Below, in pieces: positions 39,521-52,900 of a DNA stretch of 64,000 bases (its first letter is position 1; each line of letters begins with the position of its first letter). Source of the DNA: Eledone cirrhosa. Taxonomy: Eukaryota. The position numbers and the translations under genes were made by a program. Where the stretch lies: positions 124,930,001 through 124,994,000 of the forward strand of contig OZ024742.1 of NCBI GenBank assembly GCA_964016885.1. Reading direction: 5' to 3'. A model generated the notes under the pieces. It did not search any database and was not told the origin of the DNA. It was given only the letters and a program-made list of their open reading frames with translations.

Positions 39521-42500
39521 GCTTTCTTTATTAACTACAAGGGTTTACATAAAGTAGACATTAAGGACAATACAGCACGGTACAAATGGGCATTTCTGCG
39601 TGTAACAAAAACAAAAACAGAGGATGTAACAAAAAAATAACAATGAAAAATTCCTCAATAGGGGGGAGACTTCCGAGGGACATTTGTGGAGAAAGCCCAT
39701 TAAAAGGCCACAGTGACCCTGACCACCAGGGCAAGTGCCCTCTCCCGGTTTTCCACCTTTAATTTACAGACACATACTCAGAGTAGGCCCATTCACTCGG
39801 GCCATACTTGCCTCTCTCACCCATCTTTCAACAAAATGCTGGGAAGAGAGCACTTCCCTCTCTACCCTGATTTTCCTTTTCAAATGAAATTTGTAAAAGT
39901 TAATCAGGGCATCACCGAAGAGATAAGTGCTCGTCTTCAGCCCTTTCAAACGTGTCCACCATACTATCTTTTTCGCAATGGCCACCAGACAGATAAAAAC
40001 TGCCTGCCCTTCCCGACTAAAGGAAGAGAGCGGGGCAATCCTCACGATGGATTCAGCTGATAGCTGGATCCGTCCTACACATGACAGTAGGTGTTCGAGA
40101 TAAACCCACAAGTCAGCAATGCTCGGACAGTGGACGAGTACGTGTAGGGCGGTTTCGTCGCCCTGCGTGCATCTCGGACAGGCCCGGCTGACGGCACCTC
40201 CATGCCTGTAGAGTTTATCCCGGACTGGCAAAGCTCCTCGGTAGCACTGCCAGGCCAGGGATTTCTGGAAGATGTCCATAGGACCCAGCCCGAAAATTCT
40301 TCCGAAGAGATTGGCTAGTTGATTTTCGTCCACGCCTAGAGTTTTTCCAAGTACGTCGTCACTCTTCCCCTCCACTAATCTTCTATAGAACGCCAAGGTG
40401 GAGTTTCCTCCGATCACATTGCTCGATTGGCCGTGGGCTGTGAGCGTCTGAAGACATTCCAGTCTCCAAGCGCTCCCTCTCGGTCTACGCTTGACCCAGG
40501 ACTGCAGCTCCGTCAAGGAGACGAGCTGGGGAAAGACGCGTCTCGCAAACGGCGATCACACCTGATCACCGTCGAGGAAGAGGTGGAGATGTCGTAGCCT
40601 GAGCCCGTGTCTGCGCATCATCAGCCACGGCATGCCCAGCCCTCCACGTAGCGGCTGTTGACAGCGGAGGGACCGTCTGACCATCGGAGCGCGTCCCTTC
40701 CTCAAAAAGCGAAAGAGCAAACGCTCAAGCGCAGTCAGGCGGGGCTTAGGACAAGGTACGACGGTCAGGCGGTAGTAGATGACGGACGCGAAGTACGCGT
40801 TAGCCACCTCCGCTCGACCTTTTAGGGATAACTTCCTCTCCGCCCAATTCTGGGTGAGAGAAGCCACCCTGCTCGTCACCTCGTCCCAGTTTGTGTCCGT
40901 CTGGAGGTCCGGACCGAACCAGACCCCTAGTAGTTTAACCGGTCCGTCCGTCCAGCGCCCGACGACGCTGTTGGGCGGCATGGACCGGCCTCTCCAGGTG
41001 GCGACCTGCAGACCCACTGACTTTTCCTGGTTGATCATTGCTCCTGTCACCGCTTCGTATTCTCTTAATGTAGTGCCGATCGCCTCGATGTGTTTGGCGT
41101 TCGACACCACTACTGTGACAAGGTCCGCAAATGCCGAAAGGTGACCGTTCACTCTCACCACAGAGCAGATGTCGCTGTGCATGGCAGCGATCCAGCCTCT
41201 GAAGACGGGCCCAAAGTCAGCCGCTCTGACGACAGCCGCTAGGTAACGGTGGTCGACCATATCGGAAGCTTTTGACTGATCTAAATTGATCAAGGACCCA
41301 TCCGTGCCAGGTTCCCTAGCTACCCTCTCTACGATGTATCGCATGATGTGGATGTTGTCGTGGATGGATCTGTCGGGAATGGCGCATGTCTGCGCCTCTC
41401 CCACCAGACCACCAACGACAAGCGCCAACCTCTTTGCTAGCCCCTTGGCTAAAATCTTGAACTCTGTGTTTAGCAGAGTTATGGGCCTGAAATTATCTAT
41501 GTTATCCCCCTTGTTCGGATCCTTTCTCAGCAGCACCACAGCTCCTCGGCTCACAAAGCTGCTAATTTTCCCGTTCTGTTGCCAGTTGCAGTAGACGTCC
41601 GCCAAATAGGCCGCCGAACAATCTCTGGCATCTGTTCATCAAAGTTCATAGGGCATACCATCCAAACCAGGCGATTTACCCCTTGTGCAGCCAGTCATCG
41701 CCTCCCGTACTTCAGCGGCTGTTATCGGCTTTTCGCAACACTCCGCCTCAGTGACAGAGAGCCGCGGCAGTCCGTCGAGGTAGACACTAAAGTCCATCCC
41801 TCGATCCGGCCCGCCGCTGCCTCCGAACAGCTGTGCGAAGTTATGCTGAACAGCTTCACACATTTGCCCAGGATCGAGTAGCATACGCCCGTCGTGGTCC
41901 AGCATAGACCGGATCGTGGCTTTGTTGCCACGACGCGCCTCCGCTACTCGGGCCCATTGAACGGCTTTCTTCCCCTCGTGGCTGCGAGCACGCACCCTAG
42001 CTCTGACAACGCAGCCTTCGTGCTTTGCATTGAAGAATTGGTCAAGGGCCAATTTCGCCGCAAGTACATCGGTCGGGATGACTTTGCTAAGCGCCTCGTC
42101 TAATTTTCTAACTAGTTCTCCCTCTACTCTATTTTTCTCTATTGCTAAGGCCTTACTAAACCCAATGGACTCTATTTTAATCGCTCTTTGCAGAGCATAC
42201 CACCACTTGCTGTTGACCATGGCCCTCGTCACCGTCAACGCCCGCTTAACTAGTTCGCTAATCCGGTCTCTGTAGGCCTTGCACGCTGTTAAGGACCCGT
42301 CTATGAAGCCTATCTAAGTCAAGCACACAGATCACGAATTTGTGGTCCGTGTAGCTGACTATCTTGAATTATGGACAGCCTATGCTAGACCTATCTATTT
42401 CCCTACAAAATAGTCTATCTAGATATGATCTGGATGACCCTATGCGATTTGTCCAAGTCCACATTGGCACATTCGGGAAATCCAATCGGTACCTGTCAGA

Positions 42501-45145
42501 CAGTTCAAAACGCCTGAGCAGGTTGGTGAGGCTCTTGCCCCCTCCTCCCTTATCCGCTAATCCCACACAATCCCAGCGTGCATGTAAGATTCGTTCCAGT
42601 CGCCCACTAAGACTAAAGAGCGGGACGTTCTAAGAAAGGTCTCCAGACGCCGGAAGAAATCAGGCCGCCCTGCTCCTGTTGGAACATAGACGGCCACTAG
42701 CCTGAAAGCTTGCCCGTCTTCACTGGTCACGTCCAGCACCACCAACTTACCTTCTGGGTCCAGGAAGATAGCCCATATGGCGAGATCCAAACCTGTCCGA
42801 AAAAGAACAGCAAATCCTCCCCCGACCCAGGACGGCTGGGAGATGCGTACACACCGTAGCTGCCGAAGATCGGTGCGAAGGCCCGTGCTTCGGAGATTCT
42901 GGTCTCGCTGATGGCCATTACATCTATGTTTAGTGGCCTGATGTCGCTGAGCATGTGGCCCTGCTTCCATGACGACCCTAAGCCACGCGCATTTATGCTG
43001 CCTATTCTGAGTTAGGTCATGTTGAAATGGAGTGGAAAAGATGGGAAAGACCACTTACCTTACTTCTCTGCTTGTGGCCTCCTCCGGAAGGTTGTCCTTA
43101 TAAATCCTCCTAGAGAGTGCTTGTGGGAAGTCTCCGATGTCTTTGTGGAATTTTTGTTTTAGTGCCGTGTACGTTTTCTGTGTGATGCTAGTGATTTGTA
43201 TGTGTGGAAGTGGTGTGAACTTTTGGGTTTTTGTGTAGTCTTTTTCTGTGATGCTGGTGTTGTGTTGGATGTAGCGTAATAATTGGTTGTTGTTCAAATT
43301 TATTGCTGTGTAGTGTGTATCGTTTTGGTTGTTTTGTGTTGTTTGCGTTTGTTGTGGGTTTGTTCCTGTTTCGCTTTTTGGTGACTTTTGTGGTGTTGGT
43401 GATGGTGGTGTTGGGGTTAATGATGGTGATGGTATTGGTGTTTGTGGTGATGGATTGGTGATGCTGGTGTGGATGGTGGCATATCTCTCCTAACTTTTTT
43501 GTTTGATAGTTTATTTGTTTCCCTCTGTATTATGTTTTTGGATGGGGAAGGATGTAGATTTGTCTTTTTTGGTTTCTTTTCCTTTTTTTCTTTTTTCCTG
43601 ATACCGTTTCCCACTCCTCGTCGTCACAATCTGTCTCCAGTTGTGATAGGTCGGGGAGTGGAAAATCCTCCACATGCGTTGGTTTTGGTTGTTGCGTGGT
43701 GGACGGTGTAGGCGCTGGTGCTAGTCCTTGCGCGTTGGGTGGTGGTGGTGTTGGTTTTGCTACTGTTGCTGGGGTTGTTGCTGTTACAGTTGCTTCTGGT
43801 GTTGCTGCTACAGTTGTTGCTGCCATTTCTGCTGCTGGCGGTGTTGATGGTTGAGTCACTGAGGTGGGTAAGAGAGGTGGCCTCAACCTTTTAGCCTGAG
43901 GGCAGAAAGCCCTTAGGTGGGTTCCTTCACCACAAACGACACACCTAGGCCTTCTGCCCTCGACGATTACGGTGAGGTTGCTGCCCTCAATGCTTGTTTG
44001 GTCCGCTTGGATCAGGAGTTCCATCCCAGATCCGACCTGTTCTCCTGCTTTTTTTTCGCTATTTCGATTATCTTGGTGTTGACCTCGATGCCGGAGAGGA
44101 CGGCATCCATTAGCCAAGGAATTTCGATGGCTGGTGGAACGTGGGTCACCCTGATCTTCACGAGTCTCTGGCCACAATAGCTTGGGACGAGTGTGAAGTC
44201 GTCACTTCTTAATGGGGCCATGGAGTGTTCTCTGGCCTCCTGTGGTGTTTCAAAGAACACATCCACGGTTCCATATTTCTGCCCACGTCTGATGTGGTTT
44301 TTTTTTGCCCACACATGTCCCAAAGCTTTTTGGATTTGGGAGTCGGATGCCCGTTCCACTCGGCGCGATTTTATGTTAATCGTCCGATAAGACACGGTGC
44401 ATAGGCGCCGATGCTCCATTTTATTAGGTGTGTGTGTGGGGGGGGGGGGGCTGACCTTGTACCCATCTTTCTTTACCATTCTTTTGACTTCTTCTAATTC
44501 CTCCTGAGTTACCTGGAATGCTTCGCACTTTTTTGCTACTCTGGCAAAAGACAGGGTGGTTTTCTTAATTTCATTGTTGCTGTTGTTGTTATCGTTATTT
44601 TTGTTATTGTTAATTTTAGTTTCAGTTGTGGTGGTGGTGGCGTCAGTAGTGTTCGCTGTGGAAGAGTTCATTTTGGGTGAATTCATTTCGATATCACGAG
44701 ATAATTTATTTATTTCTGTTATTTCTGTTGTCGCTGTGGTGGTGGTGGGGGGGGGGCGGCTTCAACACCTGCAGTCATTGGTAATGGCGGGAAATGAATG
44801 TCTGCCTGAGACGAATTTAAAATATTGCTACTGCTTATATTTTTAGTGTTGGCAAACGTAGAATATTTACAATGGTGGTGTCGGTGTGAGGTGTTAGTTT
44901 GTGAGGAAGGTGTGACTCTGAGTCGTCCATGATCTTTTCAAAGAAAAATCTTTTGTTTGATAATTATAAAAGTTTAAATTTGGGGCTCAAGGCCCCAATC
45001 TTTTTGAGTGTCCTTTTCAGATAACAATGTATGTGCACTTATATACAGTTAACAATAAAAATTTTCCATAAATGGCAATTTTAAACAACTGAAAATAACA
45101 AACCTTTGCGGAGCTCACGATAATACGATTTACTATGTAGTTCGC
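39521..45145 (-). mobile_element. Tx1/L1-clade LINE, copy 1 (near full length, decayed)
   Basis: ORF1 44686 to about 43050 with CCHC RPRCVVCGEGTHLRAFC. ORF2 from 43020: APE endonuclease (SINARGL, LVGDWN, SYLDR, TDHK), RT (KSPGLDG, FRPITLLNTEFKIL; QGCPLS segment deleted), C-terminal CPRC...HVLVHC. (AAT)n on both sides. Confidence 0.9.
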
Positions 45146-45153
45146 CAATAATC

Positions 45154-45191
<38 letters not shown>

Positions 45192-45207
45192 TATAATAAT
45201 AATAATA

Positions 45208-45382
45208 ATTGTTTCTACTTTTCGGCACAAGGCCAGCAATTACCCAGTGCATTACTGGTACTTTATTTTATCGACGCCGTAAGGATGAAATGCAAAGTTA
45301 ACCTCGGCGGGATTTGAACCCAGAATTGCAAGGGCCGTAACTCTATGCGTCAAATCATGGCGTCCGACCCTCTACCGATACT
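45208..45382 (-). mobile_element. SINE copy abutting (AAT)n
   Basis: Same family motifs; the 3' end AGAAACAATT runs into (ATT)n. Confidence 0.8.
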
Positions 45383-45399
45383 AAATAATAATAAAAATA

Positions 45400-46437
45400 T
45401 AACATCCCTCCACCCGAAACTGACAACCATGTTCAATGTCTGCTTGATGTCAGGTGAGGTACCAGAGTGGTTGACAAAAGGTACCACAGTTCTGGTAATG
45501 AAAGACCGAACCAAGGGTAATGATGTTACCAAATATACACCTATCATATGTCTGTCCGTAATGTGGAAATTGTTAACAAGCATTGTGTCTGAGGAAATCT
45601 ACCATCACCTCCACATAAACAACTTGTTACCGGACGAATACAAAGGATACCGAAAGAAGTCCCGTGGTACAACGGACCAGTTACTTATTGATACGATGGT
45701 AATGAGGAATTGCAGGGGGAGACACACTGGTCTTGCCATGGGATGGATAGACTACAAAAAGGCATTCGATATGGTAACTCATTCTTGGATAACTAAAAGC
45801 CTAGAGATCTTCAAGGCGACATATAACATCAGACAGTTGTTGAGCAAAAGTATGAAGTCCTGGAAAACAGAGTTAACAACGGGTGGAGAATCCTTGGGAG
45901 GCGTGAAGATCAAGAGAGGTATCTTCCAGGGAGATAGTTTGTCCCCTCTGTTGTTTGTCCTTGCCCTGATCCCTCTGAGCATTATACTGCGAAAAGTGAG
46001 AGCAGGATACAAGTTGTGGAAGGGAGAGCTTACCATCAATCACCTCCTCTTCATGGACGATCTTAAGCTCTTCGGGAAGAGTGAGAAGGAGTTGGATGTG
46101 CTTGTTGACACTGTCCGTATTTTCGTCAATGATATATGTATGCAATTTGGTATTAGTAAGTGTGGAGTCCTTGTGATGAAGGGGAGTACATTGAGCAGAG
46201 GCAACGGAATCCAGGTACCAACAGGTGAGATGATAAAGGAAATTGATACTGAAGAAGGGTACAAATATGTAGGTCTTCTGGAGGCTGATGACATCAAGAA
46301 CAAAGAAATGAAGGAATTGATAAGATCTGAATACATTCGGAGAATAAGGAGCATTTAAAGTCACATCTGAACAGTAGGAATGCCATAAGTGCAATACATT
46401 CCCGAGCTGTGTTTATTATTAGGTACAGTGCGGGAAT
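45400..46437 (+). mobile_element. R4/Dong-clade RT fragment
   Basis: WIDYKKAFDMVTHSW, RGIFQGDSLSPLLF, HLLFMDDLKLF; same family as 58563-60640. Confidence 0.88.
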
Positions 46438-49400
46438 TGGCTAGTTGATTTTCGTCGACGCCTAGAGTTTCTACCGATCACATTGCCCGATTGGTCGAGG
46501 GCTGTGAGCACATGAAGACATTCCAGTCTCCAGGCGCTCCCGCTCGGTCTTCGCTTGACCCAGCACTGCAGCTCCGTCAAGGAAACGTGTCTAGCAAACG
46601 ACGATCACACCTGATCACCGTCGAGGAAGAGGTGGAGATGTCGTAGCCTGAGCGCGTGTCTGCGCATCATCAGCCACAACATTCCCAGCTCTCCACGTAG
46701 TGGGTGTTGACAGCAGATGGACCGCCTGACCATCGGAGCGCGTCCCTTCCACAAAAAGCGAAAGAGCAAACGCCCCAGCGCAGTCAGGCGGGGCTTAGGA
46801 CAAGGTACGACGGTCAGGTGGTAGCAGTTGACAGACGCGATGTACGCGGTAGCCACCTCCGCTCGACCTTTCAGCGATAGCTTCCTCTCAGCCCATTTCT
46901 GGGTGAGAGAAGCCACCCTGCTCATCACCTCGTCCGAGTTTTTGTCCGTCTGGAGGTCCGGACCGAACCAGCCCCTAGCAATTTAACCGGTCCGTCCGTC
47001 CAGCGTCCGACGACGCTGTTGGACGGCATGGACCTGCCTATCCAGGTGCCGAGCTGCAGGCCCACTGACTTTTCCTGGTTGATCATTGCTCCTGTCACCG
47101 CTTCGTATTCACTTAGTGTAGTGCCGATCGCCTCGATGTGTTTGGCGTCCGACACCACTACGGTGACATCGTCCGCATATGCTGACACGGATCTTCCGCA
47201 TCCTAGTTCGCGCGGGACGCCCCTCAACGTCTCCAGTTTGTGCAGTAATGGCTCGAGAATCAATAAGTACAAGAGGGACGAGAGGGGACATCCTTGGCGG
47301 ACCGAGCGCATGATGTTGAACGGTTCCAAAAGGTGACCGTTCACTCTCACCACAGAGCAGATGTCGCTGTGCATGGCTGCGATCCAGCCTCTGAAGACGG
47401 GCCCAAATCCAGCCGCCCTCAGGACTGTCGCTATGTAACGATGGTCGACCTTATCGAAAGCTTTCGACTGATCTAAATTGATCAAGGACTCACCCGTGCC
47501 AGGTTCCCTAGCTACCCTCTCTACGATGTATCGCATGAGGTGGAGATTGTCGTGGATGGATCTGTCGGGAATGGCGCATGTCTGCGCCTCTCCCACCAGA
47601 CCACCAACAACAAGCGCCAACCTCTTTGCTAGCACCTTGGCCAAAATCTTGAACTCTGTGTTTAGCAGAGTTATGGGCCTGAAATTATCTATGTTATCCC
47701 CCTTGTTCGGATCCTTTCTCAGCAGTGCCACCGCTCTTCGGCTCACAGAACTGGGAATTCTCCCGTTCTGTTGCCACTTGCAGTAGACGTCCGCCTAGAG
47801 GCCTCCGACCAAGCCTGGCATCTGTATGTAAAGTTCATAGGGCAGACCATCCAAACCAGACGATTTACCCCTTGTGCAGCCAGTCATTGCCTCCCTTACT
47901 TCAGCGGCTGTTATCGGCTTTTTGCAACACTCCGCCTCAGTGGCCGAGAGCCGCGGCAGTCCGTCGAGGTAGACACTAAAGTCCATCCCTCGACCCGGCC
48001 CACCGCTGCCTCCGAACAGCTGAGTGAAGTGTCGCTGAAAAGCTTCACGCATTTGCCCGGGATCGAGTAGCATGCGCCCGTCGGGTTCCACCAAAGACCG
48101 GATCGTGGCTTTGTTTCCACGACGCGCCTCCACCACTCGGGCCCATTGACCGGTACCCTAGCTCTGACAACGCAGCCTTCGTGCTTTGCATTGCTGAATT
48201 GGTCAAGGGCCAATTTCGCCGCAAGCACGTCGGTCGCAATGCCTTTGCTAAGCGCCTCGTCTAATTTTCTAATTAGTTCTCCCTCTGCTCTATTTTTCTG
48301 TATTGCTAAAGCCTTACTAAACCTAATCGATTCTATTCTAATCGTTCTTTTCAGAGCAAACCACCACTTGTTGTTGACGATGGCCCCTATCAACTCCCGC
48401 TTAACTAGTTCGCTAATCCGGTCTCTGTAGGCCTTGCGCGCTGGTAAGGACGCGTTTAGCTTCCAGTAGCCGGGTCCTCGTCTATGAAGCCTATCTAAGT
48501 AAAGCACACAGATCACGAATTTGTGGTCCGTGTAGCTAACTATCTTGAATTGTGGACAGCCTATGCTAGACCTATCTATTTCCCAACAAAATACTCTATC
48601 TAGATATGATCTGGATGACCCTATGCAATTTGTACAAGTCCACATTGGCACATTCGGGAAATCCAATCGGTACCTGTCAGACAGTTCAACACGCCTGAGC
48701 AGGTTGGTGAGGCTCTTGCACCCTCCTCCCCTATCCGCTAATCCCACACAGTCCCAGCGTGCATCTAAGATCCCGTTCCAGTCGCCCACTAACACTAAAG
48801 AGCGGGAAGTTCCAAGAAAGGTCTCCAGACGCCGGAAGAAATCAGGCCGCTCTGCTCCTGTCGGGGCATAGACGGCCACTAGCCTGAAAGCTTGCCCGTC
48901 TCCACTGGTCACGTCCAGCACCATAAATTTATCCTCTGGGTCCAGGAAGATGGCCCGTATGGCGAGATCCAAACCTCTCCGAAAAAGCACAGCAACTCCT
49001 CCCCCCGATCTAGGACGGCTGGGAGATGCGTACACATCAGAGCCGCCGAAGATCGGTGCGAAGGCCCGTGCTTCGGAGATTCTTCTCTCGATGATGGCCA
49101 CTAAATCTATGTTTAGTGACCTGAGGTCGTTGAGCAGGTGACCCTGCTTCCATGATGACCCCAAGCCACGCGCATTTATGCTGCCTATTCTGAGTGAGGT
49201 CATGTTTAAAATAGAGTGGTAAAGATGGGAAAGACCACTTACCGTACTTTTCGTAGAGGAAGGATGGTTTTTCCATCCCTTTTCACTTGATCGTCTGGTG
49301 AAGGGACCGTTGAATCGTCCCTTCGGCTGGTCGTAGGCTCTTCTATGAGTATGTCCGAATATACTCTTCGGTTGAGAGTCCCTCCTAGGTCGCTGAAATC

Positions 49401-49948
49401 ACCAACTGCGTTTGTGTATTGTTTCTGTGCTATTTTTAGCAGTCTTATGTTAGTTGGCGTTTTGATTGGTGCTGGTATTATGTAGTCCTGTTGTGAAATG
49501 TCTGTGTGTTCAATTATGTAAGTCATTAGTTTCTTGTTGTGTGTATTTATTGCCGTGCATTTGTTTTTCTGGGGGTGGGGTGTGGTTCTGCTATTTTCTT
49601 GTCGTTGTTGCTGGGTGTGTGTGTTTTGTATTTGTGTTTGCGATGTTGGTGCTTGTGGTGGTGGTGTTGAAGGTGTTGTTGTTGTTGGCGGTGGGGTTGT
49701 CACCGGTGGTGATGGTGGTGCTAGTGTGGGTGGTGATGGTGTTGGTTGTGTTGCTGCTGTGAGTCTCTTTGCAGTAGCCTTTACCCTTTTTTCATTTCTT
49801 TCCTCCCTTTTCGAAGGCGACGATGCGCTGCTTCTGCGTTTGTGCCTTCTTACGACCTTTTGCCATCCCTCTCCCACCTCACACTCCATGTCTCATTATG
49901 TGAGGTCGGGGAGGGGTACCAGCTCCACTCTTTCACTTGTTGTTGTTG
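46438..49948 (-). mobile_element. Tx1/L1-clade LINE, copy 2 (truncated at both ends)
   Basis: ORF2 starts at 49203 (MTSLRIGSINARGL); RT motifs DQSKAFDKVD, VRQGCPLS, AYADDV; ORF1 C-terminal part at 49239-49889. Confidence 0.9.
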
Positions 49949-52900
49949 ACCTTTCAGTGATAGCTTCATCCCAGCCCATTTCAGGGTGAGACTGGCTACC
50001 CTGCCCGTCACTTCGTCCCAATTCTTATCCACCCGGAGGTCTGGCCCGAACCAAACCCCTAGCAACTTTACCGGTCCGTCCGTCTAGCGCCTAACGACGT
50101 TGTTGGATGGCATGGACTTGCCTCTCCAGGTGCCGAGTTGCAAGCCCACCGACTTTTCCGGGTTAAGTTTTGCTCCCGTCAAACTTCCATATTCCTCCAA
50201 TAAGTTGCCGACCACCTCGATTTCTAAGGTGTCCGACACCATCACGGTGATGTCATCCGCATAAGCCGACACAGCCTTTCCGCGTCCCTGTTCGAGCGGG
50301 ATGCCCTGCAACATCTCCAGCTTCTGCAGTAAAGGCTCGAGAGTCAATACGTACAGAAGAGAGGAGAGAGGGCACCCTTGACGGACCGATCGGTAGATCT
50401 GAAACGGTTCCGAGAGGTGGCCATTAATTTTGACCATCGAGCAGGTGCCGCTGTGCATTGCAGCCATCCAGCTTCTGAAGATGGGGCTGAAGCCAGCCGC
50501 CTTGAGGACAGCCTACAGGTTCCGATGGTCGACCCTATCGAATGCTTTCGATTGATCTCAATTGATCAGAGCCCCACCGAAACCAAGTACACCCTACCCT
50601 CTCTATGATGTATCGCATTAGGTTGAGGTTGACGTGTATGGACCTGGTTGACATTGCGCAAGTTTGCGCCTCCCCAACCAAATCCCCAACGACAAGCGCC
50701 AACCTCTTCGCCTACACACTGGGCAAAATCTTAAACTCTGTGTTGAGCAGTTATGGGCCTGAAATTGTCTAATGTGTACCTCTTATTTTCGTCTTTCCTT
50801 ATCAGTGTCAATACTCCCGTTTTGCTGCCAGTTGCAGTAGAGGGCTTCGAGGAGATTGGAGAACAAGTCTGGCATATTTACGTAAAGCTCGTAGGGCAGA
50901 CCATCCAAACCGGGTGACCTGCGCTTCATGCAGCCGACAAGAGCATCCTGAATCTCGGCTGAAGTAATTGGCCTTTCGCAGCGCCCAGCGTCAGCTGTCG
51001 AGAGTTGCGGCAGCCATCGAGGTAGGGACTGACGTCGGCCACCATCTCTGATCCGCCACTTCCCCCGAACAACCGAGCAAAATGTTGGCGAAAGGCTTCA
51101 CACAACCGCATGGAATCGCTCAGCTCGTGTCCGTCTCGGTGCGTCAAAGACCGAATCGTGGTTTTATTACCACGTTGCGCCTCTGCCACGCGGGCCCATC
51201 TAACAGCTTTGGTTCCCTCGTTTCTCAGAGCACGCGCTTTAGCTCTGACAATGCAACCTTCGTGTTTCGCATTGAAGAAATGGTCTAATGCCATTCTCGC
51301 CACTAGCACGTCAGTTGCAATGCCACTACCAATAGCCTCGTCTAACTTATCTACCAACTCCCCCTCTTTTCTATTTTTCTCTAACGCTACTTCTTTGCTA
51401 AACTCTATCGACATTACTCTAATCTCTCTTTTGAGAGCCCCCCACCATCTATTGTTGACGACTCCCCATGTCAACTTTTTCTTAACTAAATTGTTGACCT
51501 GGTCCCTGTAAGCGTTACGTGCCCGAAATGACATGTTTAGCTTCCAGTAACCAGATCCTAACCAACGCGTCTCATCTAGGTCGACCATACAGATCACAAA
51601 CTTGTGATATGAATTGGTGACCGTTTCAAAACGTGGACAGATTACACTATTTCTGTCTATTTTCCTAATGAATATCCTGTCTATATACGATCTAGATGAC
51701 CCTATGCGGTTATTCCAGGACCACACTTGCGCATTAGGGAAATCTAGTCGGTACCTTTCAGACAGTTGGAAATGGCTGATCAGGTTCTTGAGGCTTTTAC
51801 ACCCTCCGTTCCTATCGGATACTCCCACACAGTCCCAGCGTGCGTCTAAGATGCCGTTCCAGTCCCTCGCTAACAGTAAAGGGCGAGACGTATCCAGAAA
51901 GGCTTCCAAGCGGAAAAGAAGTCCGGCCGTCCTGCCCCAGTAGGAGCATAGACGGCCACCAGTCTAAAGGCACCACTTTCGTTATTGTTCACGTCCAGGA
52001 CCACCAACTTCCCGTCCGGGTTCCGGAAGATCGACCTTATCTTTGAGATCCAGGCCTTTCCTAAACAGCACAGCAACCCCGCCTCCCATTCCCGGCCGGC
52101 TAACAGATGCCAAGATCTGATAGTCGTCGAAAATGGGGGCTAGTGCGCGCGTGTCGGAAATCCTGGTCTCGCTGAGGGCAATTACATCCATGTCTAGAAA
52201 CCTGAGGTCGTTGAGCATTTGGCCCTGCTTCCAGGACGATCCCAGGCCTCGAACATTTAAACTTCCTTCTCTTAATACGGCCATTTTGGCAGGTTAAAGA
52301 GAGAGAGAGCTGAAAGGTTTATTTACCTTCCGGGCTCTTGTGAAGGTCGTGTGGTTCGACCTCCATAGTCGGTGGGGTTTCTTTTGTAGTGGGTTTTACG
52401 TTCGGGGATCCCACGTCCCAAGGAAAGCTGTCTCGTATTTCTTTGTATAAATCGAGCGATATTCGCACCAGAAACAAATCTGCCGGCACGCGAAATGTGC
52501 TGGATTTAAAAATTTCCCCCTCTTTTTGTATGTTTTCACTTCGTGCTACGAGGGCCATCAGTTCCTTGTTGGCCCTCCTGACGAGCACGAAGTTTCGTAT
52601 GTTTTGTTGGTGTCATTTTATTTGTTTGCGTGGCTGTGGTGGTGATGGTTTTGGTGGTGTTGTTTCGGTTGTGTCTGTGTTTGTTGTGAGTGCCGTGTCT
52701 GTGGTTTCAGATGTGTGTGTGTATATTTGTTCTAGAGTCTGTTTCGGTTGTTTGCGTTTGGGGGATTCTGCTGATGGTGATGGTGGTATTGATGTTGGTG
52801 TTATTGGAGAGATGTTTGCGTGGGTGGTGTCTGCATTAGGGTGATTTTTCTGCTTTGTTGAGTATTTTTTTTCTTTTTGTGTTTCCTTTTTTGTATTTTG

